DNA of 64,000 bases from an uncultured Chloroflexia bacterium (GCA_963752975.1 CAVWAG010000007.1:1793-65792); one strand, 5' to 3'; shown: positions 17,457-28,232, counted from the stretch's first letter. Program-made: numbers and translations. The notes: generated by a model not told the origin, from the letters alone.

Positions 17457-19223
17457 ATGACTATGGGAAAAACGATAAGCGAAAAGATACTCAGTGAGAA
17501 GTCTGGTACAGACGCAAAGGCGGGCGATATAGTCATAGCGCCTGTTGACCTGGTGTTTGTACAGGATACCACTGGGCCGCTTACCATCCGCCAGTTTAAA
17601 GCGGGTAAAAAGCAGACGCTGGCATTACCCGGGCGGACCGCGCTATTTATCGACCATGCCAGTCCCAGCCCGAACCGTCAATTGTCCAACGATCATGCGT
17701 TTATGCGGCAGTTTGCCGCCGATTCCGGATGCCTGTTGTTCGATGCCGGCTGCGGTGTATGCCACCAGATCGTAGCGGAACAGTTAGCCAACCCTGGCGA
17801 TATCGTTGTCGGCGCTGACTCACATACCGTCACAGCGGGCGCCGTCGGCGCTTTTGCCACAGGCATGGGTTCCAGCGACATCGCCGTAGCCATGTCGCTG
17901 GGCAAGACCTGGTTCAGGGTACCGGAAAGCTTTAAAATTGAAGTTTCGGGCGAATTTCAGGCGGGGGTGAGTGCCAAAGACCTGATTTTATATCTTATCG
18001 GGAGCATCGGCGCCGATGGCGCCACCTACAGGGCACTCGAGTTCAGCGGAGCTGCCATCGACGAAATGCCGATGCATCAAAGATTGACGATCGCCAATAT
18101 GGCCGTTGAAGCCGGCGCCAAAGTGGGCATTTTCCCCTCTGACGGGGTAACCAGGGATTATTTACGCGCCCGGGGAAGGGAAGCCGGGTACAGGGCGATA
18201 ACAGCCGATGCCGGCGCCGCCTACGAGCGAACCATCAAAATAGATGCGGGCAGTATAAAACCGATGGTAGCGAAACCTCACGCGGTTGATAATGTTGCCC
18301 CTGCCTCCAGCCTTAAAGGCATCAAAGTCAACCAGGTATTTATCGGGACCTGCACCAACGGCCGTCTGGAAGACCTGATGGAGGCTGCTTCAATGCTCAA
18401 GGGGAAAAAAGTAGCGGCCGGTGTCAGGCTGCTGGTCTGCCCGGCATCGAGGACGATATTTTCCCGGGCGATCGAGGCAGGATACATCAGTACGATAATT
18501 GAAGCGGGAGGCATCGTTCTGCCTCCGGGATGCGCAGCCTGCCTTGGTCTGCACCAGGGTATCCTGGCCGACGGCGAAGCCTGTATATCCACAGCCAACC
18601 GCAATTTCAAGGGGCGCATGGGCAACCCGGAGGGATTCATATACCTTGCCAGTACCGCCACGGCAACAGCATCGGCAATTACAGGAAGGATCACCGACCC
18701 AAGCGAGGTTACTCTGATGGCCAGCTCTACACTTAAAGGCAAGGCTTTTAAGTTCGGTGATGATATCTCCACCGACCTGATCATAGCGGGCAAATACGCG
18801 CATTTACGCAGTAACCTGCCCGAGCTGGCCAAACACGCCATGGAGGACGCCAACCCCGATTTTGTAAAGCAGGTAAAACCCGGTGACTTCATTGTGGGCG
18901 GATCTAATTTCGGCCTCGGTTCCAGCCGCGAGCATGCCCCTCTGGTGATAAAAATGGCCGGTGTCAGCGCCATACTGGCGAAATCATTCGCGCGTATCTT
19001 CTTCAGGAACGCCATCAACCAGGGAGTTCCGGCGTTGATCTGTGATACGGATAAAATATCCCAGGACGATATCCTTGAAATCAGGTTGGAAGAAGGTATA
19101 ATCAACAATGTTTCCAGGAAGGAGTCATACCGCTTCACCGGGATACCGCAGGCCATGCTGAACATACTGAATGAGGGAGGCTTAATTCCCTATATTAACA
19201 AGCACGGGGACTTTAAGCTTTGA
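17457..19223 (+). CDS. Aconitase-family dehydratase, large (LeuC/HacA-like) and small (LeuD/HacB-like) subunits in one ORF
   Basis: A 588-aa protein. Residues 1 to about 420 are LeuC-like (GADSHT, CTNGRLEDL, ACLG). From ...DPSEVTL|MASSTLKGKAFKFGDDISTDLII the sequence is LeuD-like (GSSREHA). The junction is at about 18711-18720. Confidence 0.82.
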   Translation: MTMGKTISEKILSEKSGTDAKAGDIVIAPVDLVFVQDTTGPLTIRQFKAGKKQTLALPGRTALFIDHASPSPNRQLSNDHAFMRQFAADSGCLLFDAGCGVCHQIVAEQLANPGDIVVGADSHTVTAGAVGAFATGMGSSDIAVAMSLGKTWFRVPESFKIEVSGEFQAGVSAKDLILYLIGSIGADGATYRALEFSGAAIDEMPMHQRLTIANMAVEAGAKVGIFPSDGVTRDYLRARGREAGYRAITADAGAAYERTIKIDAGSIKPMVAKPHAVDNVAPASSLKGIKVNQVFIGTCTNGRLEDLMEAASMLKGKKVAAGVRLLVCPASRTIFSRAIEAGYISTIIEAGGIVLPPGCAACLGLHQGILADGEACISTANRNFKGRMGNPEGFIYLASTATATASAITGRITDPSEVTLMASSTLKGKAFKFGDDISTDLIIAGKYAHLRSNLPELAKHAMEDANPDFVKQVKPGDFIVGGSNFGLGSSREHAPLVIKMAGVSAILAKSFARIFFRNAINQGVPALICDTDKISQDDILEIRLEEGIINNVSRKESYRFTGIPQAMLNILNEGGLIPYINKHGDFKL

Positions 19224-19245
19224 AGGCGGATTGCCGCCATAGAGG

Positions 19246-20337
19246 TTGGATAGAATGACTTATCGCGTTACTTTGTTGCCGGGCGACGGCATAGGCCCTG
19301 AGATAACCGCTGCCACGGTACGTGTGCTCGAGGCAACCGGTGTTAAATTTGATTGGGATGTTTGTACCGTGGGTGAGTCATCCATCGAGAAATACGGTAC
19401 ACCTCTCCCGGATATCACCCTGGAATCAATTAAGCGGAATAAAATAGCTCTAAAAGGCCCGGTTACGACGCCCATTGGCACAGGTTTCCGCAGCGTGAAC
19501 GTGGCCCTGCGTAAACAACTTGACCTGTATGCCTGCCTGCGGCCCTGCAAGAGTTTCAAGGGTGTGGTGACCACACCCTATGAAAACGTTGATATCGTGG
19601 TGGTCAGGGAGAACACCGAGGACCTGTATATCGGGATCGAGTTCGCCAGAGGGACAGCGGAAGCCGAACAGCTTCACGATTTCATCTCCAAGCATTTCAA
19701 GGGTAAAGTTAATGCCGAATCCGGGTACAGTATCAAAGCTATCTCGGAATACGGGTCGCGGCGCATCGTTAAATATGCCTTTGAATACGCCCGGAAATAT
19801 AAGCGGAGAAAAGTATCCGCTATAACCAAAGCCAATATAATGAAGTTTACCGATGGGTTATTTCTGGCTACAGCCAGGGAAGTTGCCGGAGATTATCCTG
19901 ATATCGAATATGAAGAGGTCCTGGTTGATGCCCTTTGCATGCGCCTGGTAAGAAGCCCGCAGATGTATGATGTGCTGGTGCTGCCCAACCTGTACGGCGA
20001 CATTATCTCCGACCTGTGCGCCGGATTGGTAGGAGGGCTGGGATTGGCGCCGGGCGCCAATATCGGAGATAGCATAGCGGTTTTTGAACCCACACACGGC
20101 AGCGCGCCTAAATACACCGGCATGAACAAGGTCAGCCCGATAGCACAGATGCTGTCGGCGGTTCTGATGCTGAGATATCTTAATGAAATGAACGCCGCGG
20201 ATAGAATGGAAAAGGCTATTGCTGATGTGATCGCTGAAGGTAAGAGCGTAACCTACGACCTGCGGAAAGACCGTGATGCGCCCAGTGCCGGCACTTCACA
20301 GGTAGCAGACGCAATTATCGCACAATTAAAAAAATAA
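19246..20337 (+). CDS. Isocitrate/homoisocitrate/3-isopropylmalate dehydrogenase family protein
   Basis: MTYRVTLLPGDGIGPEI... and NLYGDIISDL motifs are present. The likely true start is the ATG at 19255. Substrate cannot be assigned from sequence alone. Confidence 0.85.
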   Translation: MDRMTYRVTLLPGDGIGPEITAATVRVLEATGVKFDWDVCTVGESSIEKYGTPLPDITLESIKRNKIALKGPVTTPIGTGFRSVNVALRKQLDLYACLRPCKSFKGVVTTPYENVDIVVVRENTEDLYIGIEFARGTAEAEQLHDFISKHFKGKVNAESGYSIKAISEYGSRRIVKYAFEYARKYKRRKVSAITKANIMKFTDGLFLATAREVAGDYPDIEYEEVLVDALCMRLVRSPQMYDVLVLPNLYGDIISDLCAGLVGGLGLAPGANIGDSIAVFEPTHGSAPKYTGMNKVSPIAQMLSAVLMLRYLNEMNAADRMEKAIADVIAEGKSVTYDLRKDRDAPSAGTSQVADAIIAQLKK

Positions 20338-20358
20338 CCTGATCCACTGCTGATCAGG

Positions 20359-20903
20359 TTAAACACGCTGGTCCCGGCGGCTGTTTAGATAACTCAGTAA
20401 GCCCGCTATGCTTTTGGCATCGCAGATCTCACCCGAAACGATCTTTTGCATAATTTCAGGCAGGGGAACCCTCACTACTTCTATCTCATCGGTATCTTCA
20501 GCAATTAACCTGCTTTCTGCTAAATCCTTAGCTACAAAGATATGCATATATTCTGTGCAATACCCGGGCGCGGCATAGAATCCTCCCAGTTTTGTTATCT
20601 TGGCCGGTAAATACCCTGTCTCCTCCTGTAATTCACGCCTCACACAATCCTCCGGGTCCTCTCCCTCCTCTATTCCGCCCGCGGGATCTCCAGCAGCACT
20701 TTATTCACCGGCCTGCGGAACTGTTTCACCATCACGATCTTGTCTTCATCATCAACCGCTACCACCGCGATGCAGTCTGCGTGCTCAACAATTTCACGTG
20801 TGGTAACCCGGCCTGACATCTTCTCGACGGTATCTATCCGCAGGTTAACGGCGCGGCCCCTGAATACCTCTTTGCTTGACAGGAATTTCTCGTTATTTAT
20901 CAT
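20359..20903 (-). pseudogene. Nudix hydrolase (ADP-ribose pyrophosphatase-like), frameshifted
   Basis: ORFs 20670..20903 and 20359..20643 are two halves. The Nudix box AGGIEEGEDPEDCVRRELQEETGY is only readable across a 1-nt shift near 20678-20685. Confidence 0.8.
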
Positions 20904-21364
20904 GGCGCGGGCACGTCGTATACCAGCGCAACTTCGTCACAGTCCGGGAATTTAGGGCAGCTGTAGCACTCCGCCCATACTTTGCGTGGTAACTCCATTT
21001 TTTCCACCTGCCTGAACCCCTGCCGCATAAAGAAGCCGGGTTTATAAGTTAGGCAGAATATCCGTGGGATACCCAGCGACTGGGCTTCCTCCAGGCAGGC
21101 CTTAATCAACGCCGCCCCTATACCTTTTCTATGCTTGTCTTTGACAACAGCCAGGGATTTTACCTCGGCCAGGTCGGCCCAGCTGATATGCAGAGCGCCA
21201 CAGGCGATAACCTTGCCGCCTCTGGCGCGGATAACGAAATAATCGCGCAGGTTCTCGTAGATCTCGCTGAGGGCGCGGGGCAGCATCTCACCCTTGCCAG
21301 CAAATTTATTGACAAGTACATGCATCTGCTTGACATCGTTGATCTTGGCTTTTTCCGCTTTCAT
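20900..21364 (-). CDS. GNAT N-acetyltransferase (short ArgA-like amino-acid acetyltransferase)
   Basis: A 154-aa protein with an acetyl-CoA motif (HRKGIGAALI) and the C-terminal CPKFPDCDE motif seen in short ArgA-like GNATs. Confidence 0.75.
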   Translation of the reverse strand: MKAEKAKINDVKQMHVLVNKFAGKGEMLPRALSEIYENLRDYFVIRARGGKVIACGALHISWADLAEVKSLAVVKDKHRKGIGAALIKACLEEAQSLGIPRIFCLTYKPGFFMRQGFRQVEKMELPRKVWAECYSCPKFPDCDEVALVYDVPAP

Positions 21365-22203
21365 AGTGCTTTCCTGTTAAGTTTCGCTGTGAGTGTGCTA
21401 TAGAAACAATTTTTATTTCTCAAACGCAGAAATTTCGTCGTCACTTCCGTTATTGAAACTTCTATTTCGGTACCATCCTTCAATGTCTCCTCCACCTGCC
21501 CATCCATACTCACAATAGCATCATGGTTGGTGAAAACCTTTAATCTGATCTTGGTTGAAGGTGATACTACTATGGCTTTATCCGTAGTCAAATGGGGACA
21601 TACAGCCTTCAATATTATATCCCTTGATTCGGGGTAGATAACCGGTCCATTGGCCGCCAATACGTAGCCGGTGCTGCCCGTTGCCGTGGATATGATGACG
21701 GCATCGGCTCTATAGGTAGTGAAAAAGTCTCCGTCCAGGGAAACGTCGATATTAATCAGCCTGAGGAATTTCCCCCTGCCAACAACAACATCGTTTAAGG
21801 CATGAAAGACATGGCCGGAGGAGATCACGCGCGCCTGTAACATGGCACGTTCGTCTATCCATCCTTCACCCTTGATAATTAATTCCAGTTTATCCCTGGC
21901 TTCCCCGGCTTCAAGTTCGGCCATGAATCCCAGGTTGCCAAAATTGACCCCCACTATAGGTATCCCCAGCGGAAATATTATCCTGGCAACTCTGAGTATA
22001 GTGCCGTCACCACCGACACTGACGATTAGATCGCTGCCGCCCATCATATTTTTTGCTGCCGCTTCATCCCACGAAGAATGCACCCAGCACTGAATGTCTT
22101 TACTTCGCAGAAAATTCAACAGTTCGTGGGCGAATTTCTCTGTTTTCTCAACCTTGGGATGATATAAAATACCGATTCTTTTCACAGTGCCGCAGTCTAT
22201 CAT
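21361..22203 (-). CDS. nadK: NAD kinase
   Basis: A 280-aa protein with GGDGTIL and the ATGSTGY-type motif (TATGSTGYVLA). Confidence 0.9.
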   Translation of the reverse strand: MIDCGTVKRIGILYHPKVEKTEKFAHELLNFLRSKDIQCWVHSSWDEAAAKNMMGGSDLIVSVGGDGTILRVARIIFPLGIPIVGVNFGNLGFMAELEAGEARDKLELIIKGEGWIDERAMLQARVISSGHVFHALNDVVVGRGKFLRLINIDVSLDGDFFTTYRADAVIISTATGSTGYVLAANGPVIYPESRDIILKAVCPHLTTDKAIVVSPSTKIRLKVFTNHDAIVSMDGQVEETLKDGTEIEVSITEVTTKFLRLRNKNCFYSTLTAKLNRKAL

Positions 22204-22316
22204 CGGTATTTTATAGTGTCAAATCTGCCTGGCATATCGCCCGTTTGAAATGAAAAATATCTACGCTGATAAATAGAGAGGCTTAAGCAGGAATACGGCA
22301 ATTATTAGTTGGAATA

Positions 22317-23783
22317 CTAAATTCCAAATATTTTAGCTGCATTCTGGGTAATAGCCATAAATGCCCCGGGAACTATTCCGATAACCACGACCGCTAGGCA
22401 ACAAAAACCGAGTGCTAACCATTCAGGCCAGGTAGAGGACACTTCATCGTTGGCCACAGGTTCTCCCATCCACATCACCTTAACGACCTTAAAATAATAG
22501 TACGCCGAAATACAACTGTTGATCACTGCAATTATCACTAACCACAGCAGTCCCTGGTCGACGGCCCCGCTGAAAATATATATTTTGGCGATCAAGCCGG
22601 CGGTGGGCGGCAATCCGGTTAAAGATACCAGACATATGGTTAAACCGGTTGCCAGCAACGGCGAGCGCCTGGCCATGCCGGAGTAGTCGTCGATATTATC
22701 GCTGTTGATTTTGTTGGAGATGGCAATTATCGCAATGAATGCTCCCAGGTTAGTCAAAGTATAGCTGAATAGAAAGAAAATCAGCCCGCTGCGGATATTG
22801 CTGTCGGCCTGCGCAGCCATACCCATGGCGGCTAAACCAACCATAAGGTAACCTGCCTGCGCAATGCTGGAATAACCGAAGAGCCGCTTGATATTGGTCT
22901 GGACTAAGGCAACGATATTGCCGGCGGTCATGGTAAGCACAGCAAGGACAGCTATAATCATTGCCCAGTCATTATGCAGCCAGGCCGGCATTCCGAATGC
23001 TGTTAACAATATCCGGGCGATCACGGCAAACCCCGCCGCCTTGCTGGCAACCGAGAGATACGCGGTTATGGGCGTGGGCGCTCCTTCGTAAACATCCGGT
23101 ACCCACATCTGGAAAGGTACGCTGGCGATTTTGAAACCGAAACCGCTTATCAACAGTACCAACCCGATCAGCAGAACCGGGGAGCTGACCAGGCTTGCCG
23201 CGGGCATTCCCTTCACGAAATCGGCAATACAGGTAAGGCACGTATAGCCCGTCGTCCCGAATATCAATGCCATGCCATAGAGCAGTATCGCGGAAGCAAC
23301 AGCGCCCAGGATGAGATATTTTAAACCTGCTTCACTTGACTGTTTATCCTTAAGAAAACTCACCAGCACATATAAGGAGATACTGCTCAGTTCCAGAGCA
23401 ACATAAATCGTTATCAGGTTGATGGCCGACACCAATAGCATAAGCCCGATTGCGGACAGCATTAACAGCGCATAGAATTCACCCTGGAATCTCTCAAATT
23501 TCAAAACGTAGCGGTTCGATGCAAGGATTACCAGGACTAAAGAAACAAGGATAAGCGCTTTAAAGAAAAGGCCAAACTGGTCAACCGCTATCATTTTGTT
23601 GAAAACATCAGTGCCCGGACCGCCCCATAACATTAAGACGGCTAACAAGGCCACAAACGAACCGGCAACCGCGATTACCGGCAATACCTTCTTCGGCTTG
23701 ATAAATAAATCAAGCACAATGACAATAAGGGCAAAGCACAGAAGGCTGATCTCCGGCGCAATATATCGAATTTGATCCATCAT
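22317..23783 (-). CDS. nuoN: NADH-quinone oxidoreductase subunit N
   Basis: A 488-aa polytopic protein. It has the FKIASVPFQMWVPDVYEGAPTP motif and is last in the nuo operon. Confidence 0.9.
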   Translation of the reverse strand: MMDQIRYIAPEISLLCFALIVIVLDLFIKPKKVLPVIAVAGSFVALLAVLMLWGGPGTDVFNKMIAVDQFGLFFKALILVSLVLVILASNRYVLKFERFQGEFYALLMLSAIGLMLLVSAINLITIYVALELSSISLYVLVSFLKDKQSSEAGLKYLILGAVASAILLYGMALIFGTTGYTCLTCIADFVKGMPAASLVSSPVLLIGLVLLISGFGFKIASVPFQMWVPDVYEGAPTPITAYLSVASKAAGFAVIARILLTAFGMPAWLHNDWAMIIAVLAVLTMTAGNIVALVQTNIKRLFGYSSIAQAGYLMVGLAAMGMAAQADSNIRSGLIFFLFSYTLTNLGAFIAIIAISNKINSDNIDDYSGMARRSPLLATGLTICLVSLTGLPPTAGLIAKIYIFSGAVDQGLLWLVIIAVINSCISAYYYFKVVKVMWMGEPVANDEVSSTWPEWLALGFCCLAVVVIGIVPGAFMAITQNAAKIFGI

Positions 23784-23812
23784 GTATCTAAACCGTCCGA
23801 AAACTAATTCAT

Positions 23813-25306
23813 TTACATCCCGATAAGCTTGGCAATCGGTTCAATTCCCATGTAGATAACATTGGTTAAAATCGCTGGATAAATACCAACCAGCATTATC
23901 ACAGCCACTACAGAGAAGGTGCTGATCATCTCGACGGCATCGGCATCTTTCACACCGTTGTATTTATCCAAAGGATAGCCATAGAACACCCTCTGCAGCA
24001 TCCAGAGGATATAGCCCGAAGTAACCACAATGCCGATAACTGCAATCAACGTGAAAATCTTCATCCCGGCTACGGCTACACTGCTAAAACTGCCGGCAAA
24101 GGTGATGAATTCGGCCACAAATCCTGCCGTGCCGGGCAGGCCAAGTGAAGCCAGGCCGGCGATGCTGAAGACCACCACAATTATGGGCATCTGGCGGGCT
24201 AGGCCGCTCAGGTTATTGAGATCCCTGGTATGAGTCTTATCATAAACCAGCCCGACCATGGCGAAGAGCAACCCGGTTATGACACCATGGCTGAACATCT
24301 GAAGGCTGGCGCCGGTGAGGCTGACCTGGTTAAGAGCAAAGATACCCAGCAGTACGTAGCCCATATGGCTGACACTGCTATAGGCAATCAGCCGCTTCAG
24401 ATCTGTTTGCCTGAGTGTTACAGCCGCGCCATAGATAACCCCGATAACAGCCAGTGTGCACATGACCGGGGCATATTGCAGGGCTACCTGCGGCAACATG
24501 CTTACGCATAAACGTATCATGCCGTAACCGCCCATCTTGAGCAGCGCCCCTGCCAGGATAACACTGGCCGCGGTGGGGGCATTGGTATGCGCATCAGGCA
24601 GCCATGTGTGCAGCGGGAAAACCGGCAATTTTATGGCAAAGCCCACCATCAGCAGGAAAAACAGGACGGTAAGCGGGATGAAAGAGGTGCCGATCTGGAT
24701 ACCGCGCAGTGCTGTGATATCAAAAGTATGGGTAATAAAATAAACGCTAAGTATGCCGGCCAGCATAAACGCACTGCCAACCAGCGTATAAATCAAATAT
24801 TTATATGCCGCGTATTCCTTTCTTCCGCTTCCCCAGATCGAGATCAGGAAAAACATGGGTATCAATTCCAGTTCCCAGAAGAGGAAAAACAGGATGAGGT
24901 CCAGTGAACAAAATACGCCCAGGATGCTGCTTTCCAGCATCAAAATCCAGATAAAAAACTGCTTCGGCCGCAGTTCTACCTTCCAGGAAACCAGCACCGA
25001 TATTACACCGAGGAAGGTCATTAATATGACCAGGGGCAGGCTTAAACCGTCGACACCCAGATGGTAGTATGAATTGATAGCCGGGATCCACAGTAACTTC
25101 TCTTCAAACTGCATCTGCCCGATGGCTGCTTCAGACCTGTTGAACATCAGGAACACGGCGATGGATACCAGGAAAGAAGCGAGGGTAGCTGACAGGGCTA
25201 TCCATTTTACCGTCTTCTGGCCCGGTTTGGGCAACAGGGCAATGATAACTATACCGATGACCGGTAAGAATATGATCCAGCTCAACAAATTCAGATTCAA
25301 AGCCAT
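23813..25306 (-). CDS. nuoM: NADH-quinone oxidoreductase subunit M
   Basis: A 497-aa protein with the KLPVFPLHTWLPDAHTNAPTAASVILAG motif. Confidence 0.9.
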   Translation of the reverse strand: MALNLNLLSWIIFLPVIGIVIIALLPKPGQKTVKWIALSATLASFLVSIAVFLMFNRSEAAIGQMQFEEKLLWIPAINSYYHLGVDGLSLPLVILMTFLGVISVLVSWKVELRPKQFFIWILMLESSILGVFCSLDLILFFLFWELELIPMFFLISIWGSGRKEYAAYKYLIYTLVGSAFMLAGILSVYFITHTFDITALRGIQIGTSFIPLTVLFFLLMVGFAIKLPVFPLHTWLPDAHTNAPTAASVILAGALLKMGGYGMIRLCVSMLPQVALQYAPVMCTLAVIGVIYGAAVTLRQTDLKRLIAYSSVSHMGYVLLGIFALNQVSLTGASLQMFSHGVITGLLFAMVGLVYDKTHTRDLNNLSGLARQMPIIVVVFSIAGLASLGLPGTAGFVAEFITFAGSFSSVAVAGMKIFTLIAVIGIVVTSGYILWMLQRVFYGYPLDKYNGVKDADAVEMISTFSVVAVIMLVGIYPAILTNVIYMGIEPIAKLIGM

Positions 25307-25311
25307 TTACC

Positions 25312-27234
25312 TCAGCTGAACAAATATAGGCAGACTGCAATGGCAAATGCGCCGATCGCAATCGTGATCACATATAACTGTGTCTGCCCTGTCTGCAATT
25401 TCCGCAGGGCGCCTCCTGCCAGAGCCGTGCCCTGCGCGGCGCCGTTCACAGTACCGTCGACCACACTGGAATCAAACATTGCCATTACTTTGAAAATGCC
25501 GTTATACAATATCGTTTTCACGATTATGTTTTCGTATAGTTCATCCATCCAGTATTTCCTGTAAAGCATCGTGTATACCGGTTTAAAGGCTTTGCCGATT
25601 TTTTCAGGTGAAATCCACCTGGCGCAATACATGGCATAGGCCAGAAATATGCCGAACAGGGCCACTATCAGGGAAATCAAAGGCAGCGGATGGGTCAATA
25701 CCCCGAAGAAACCCTGCACAAATGAAACCGCTTCGGCTTCGCCGGATCCCATTAACTGGCTGAAAAAGCCCGTCACATTGATCCAGCCGATGCATACCGC
25801 CAGTACCGCTAATATAACCAGCGGGACCACCATCACGGCGGGCGATTCATGGGGCCCGTGTGCATGAGAATCTTCGTGTGCACCATGTTCAGGCTCGGCG
25901 CCGCCCCTGTATTCCCCGTGAAAGGTCATGAATATGGCGCGGAACATATAGAACGCGGTCATAAATACCGTGATAATAGCCAGGCCGAATAAAACCGGGT
26001 TATTGGTGAATGCTGATACCAGTATCTCATCCTTGCTCCAGAACCCGGCCAGCGGCCAGATACCCGCCAGGCTCAACGCGCCGATGACAAAAGTAATATA
26101 GGTCCAGGGCATGGCTTTTCTCAAGCCGCCCATCAGCCGCATATCAAAGGTTCCGGTCCCGTGGTTGACGCTGCCCGACCCGAGGAACAGCAGCGCCTTG
26201 AAAAACGCGTGTGTGAAAAGGTGGAATATACCGATGGCCACGCTGCCCACCCCCAGGCCCAGCATCATAAAGCCTAACTGGCTGATCGTGGAATAGGCCA
26301 ATACCCGTTTAATATCGTTCATCACCAGCCCCATACTGGCGGCGAATATAGCTGTGAAAGCTCCAATGACGGCCACCACTGTCATGGCCTCAGTGGAGTG
26401 CGAGAAAAGCGGGTAAAATCTTGCCACCAGGAACACGCCTGCGGCGACCATGGTAGCCGCATGTATCAGGGCGCTGACCGGGGTAGGGCCTTCCATAGCA
26501 TCCGGCAACCAGACGTGCAGCGGAAATTGAGCGGACTTGCCGGCTGCGCCGGAAAAGATGCCGATAGCTACCCAGGTCAGGGTCGTTCCTGCCAGCGTAC
26601 CGGCGGCAACCAGTTTATACAAGGTTTCCGTATCGAAAGTGCCAGTATTAGCATATAAAATCAGTATGGCAGCCAGGAACCCGAAATCCCCCAGCCTGGT
26701 TACGATAAAGGCCTTTTTAGCAGCATTCGCCGCGGAAGGCTTATGAAACCAGAAGCCGATAAGCAGGTAAGAGCCCAGCCCGACGCCTTCCCAGAATACG
26801 AACATGAAGAGGATATTATTTGCCAGCACCAGCCCCAGCATGCAGGCTGTGAAAAGCGACATGAAGGCATAATACCTGAGATATCCCGGGTCACCTTTCA
26901 TATAGCCCTGGGAATATATTTGCACCATCAAACTGACAAATGTTACGACCACAACCATAACGGCTGTCAGGGCATCTACCAGGACACCGATATGTATATT
27001 TAGGTTCCCGACAACCGCCCACTGTATATCGTCAACCAGCAACATATGTTCAGGCGCCGCGATGACGGCGCCCAATACCCACAGGGACAGGGCGCAGGAT
27101 ATACCTACGGTTCCTATGGTCAGATAGCCGCCGACCCTGGGATATTTACTCAGGAAAGGCCTGAGTACCAGCCCGATAAACAGGAAGGAGAAGAACGGCA
27201 GCAAGAAAATAAGCCAGGGAACCTGTGTCGGCAT
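25312..27234 (-). CDS. nuoL: NADH-quinone oxidoreductase subunit L
   Basis: A 640-aa protein with the GKSAQFPLHVWLPDAMEGPTPVSALIHAATMV motif. Confidence 0.9.
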   Translation of the reverse strand: MPTQVPWLIFLLPFFSFLFIGLVLRPFLSKYPRVGGYLTIGTVGISCALSLWVLGAVIAAPEHMLLVDDIQWAVVGNLNIHIGVLVDALTAVMVVVVTFVSLMVQIYSQGYMKGDPGYLRYYAFMSLFTACMLGLVLANNILFMFVFWEGVGLGSYLLIGFWFHKPSAANAAKKAFIVTRLGDFGFLAAILILYANTGTFDTETLYKLVAAGTLAGTTLTWVAIGIFSGAAGKSAQFPLHVWLPDAMEGPTPVSALIHAATMVAAGVFLVARFYPLFSHSTEAMTVVAVIGAFTAIFAASMGLVMNDIKRVLAYSTISQLGFMMLGLGVGSVAIGIFHLFTHAFFKALLFLGSGSVNHGTGTFDMRLMGGLRKAMPWTYITFVIGALSLAGIWPLAGFWSKDEILVSAFTNNPVLFGLAIITVFMTAFYMFRAIFMTFHGEYRGGAEPEHGAHEDSHAHGPHESPAVMVVPLVILAVLAVCIGWINVTGFFSQLMGSGEAEAVSFVQGFFGVLTHPLPLISLIVALFGIFLAYAMYCARWISPEKIGKAFKPVYTMLYRKYWMDELYENIIVKTILYNGIFKVMAMFDSSVVDGTVNGAAQGTALAGGALRKLQTGQTQLYVITIAIGAFAIAVCLYLFS

Positions 27235-27428
27235 TATAGTTTCCTTAAGACCTCCTCAATGACATGTAACCTTTCCTGAGAAACATATATTTTATAGGGC
27301 GCTGATTCCTTCATTTCCAACTTATCTGTGTCGGGCAGCAGCCGCGTGGGGATACCCTCCCCCTCGAAGAATTCCTTCCACATCTCGGCTATCATAAGGT
27401 TTGGTGCGCTTTTAACTTGAACCCACAT
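27234..27428 (-). CDS. Small soluble protein inside the nuo operon (DUF2007-like)
   Basis: A 64-aa ORF packed between nuoK (which stops 5 nt upstream) and nuoL (its stop overlaps the nuoL start). The pattern V..A.....A......L..EGIP......V.V resembles the DUF2007 family. Confidence 0.5.
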   Translation of the reverse strand: MWVQVKSAPNLMIAEMWKEFFEGEGIPTRLLPDTDKLEMKESAPYKIYVSQERLHVIEEVLRKL

Positions 27429-27432
27429 TGCA

Positions 27433-27747
27433 TTACCACTTCAATATATTGAAATTTTCGATATCGACGCTCTCGCGGTTCCGGTAAGCCGCAAAGATAA
27501 TCGCTATGCCTACAGCTACTTCAGCGGCTGCGACCACCATGACAAAGATGGCAAACAGCTGGCCAGTTAAAATAACAGGAGTGACATATCGCGAAAATGC
27601 TATTAATGTGATATTGACGGCGTTGAGCATTATCTCAACGCACATAATTATCTTGATGACGTTCCGCTGAGTTAGAACGCCGAATAAGCCGATACAGAAA
27701 AGCACCGCTGATAAAACCAGGAATTGATCCAATCCGACGCTTAACAT
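27433..27747 (-). CDS. nuoK: NADH-quinone oxidoreductase subunit K
   Basis: A 104-aa protein with 3 TM helices and typical NuoK size and position. Confidence 0.88.
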   Translation of the reverse strand: MLSVGLDQFLVLSAVLFCIGLFGVLTQRNVIKIIMCVEIMLNAVNITLIAFSRYVTPVILTGQLFAIFVMVVAAAEVAVGIAIIFAAYRNRESVDIENFNILKW

Positions 27748-28232
27748 TATTTCTCCCTGATTACAGCTATCGCACCCAGTATGGCCGAAAGCAGTAGCAC
27801 TGCGGCGATTTCGACAGTCAGTAAATAACCCGGATCCCCAAACAATGCTTTGCCCAAGGGTTTAATCGTTTCGTTCAGAGGGGCGCTATCCGGCGTGGCA
27901 AATGTGACGTTAAGTAAACAAAACAAAATAGTCCCGAGCAGCAGAAAAGATACAGCAGCGGCAATGTATTTCAATTTGCCCAGGGGTTGGCCCTGCCGGG
28001 CATCCCTGGTAAGCATGATAGCTACGATAAGCAAAATGGAGATTGCCCCGACGTAAATCAATATTTGCACTATGGCGAGGAAATCAGCATGCAGCAGCAG
28101 GTAAATACCGGCCACCGTCATAAACAGCAGTATCAGGCACAGCGCTGCTCTAAATATATCACGCACCGCTATGACGGCTATCGCTGATACCACAGCCAGC
28201 GCGGCGAAAAGGTAAAATACTAAATCAAGCAC
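27747..28232 (-). CDS. nuoJ: NADH-quinone oxidoreductase subunit J
   Basis: A 161-aa hydrophobic protein positioned between nuoI and nuoK. Confidence 0.85.
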   Translation of the reverse strand: MLDLVFYLFAALAVVSAIAVIAVRDIFRAALCLILLFMTVAGIYLLLHADFLAIVQILIYVGAISILLIVAIMLTRDARQGQPLGKLKYIAAAVSFLLLGTILFCLLNVTFATPDSAPLNETIKPLGKALFGDPGYLLTVEIAAVLLLSAILGAIAVIREK

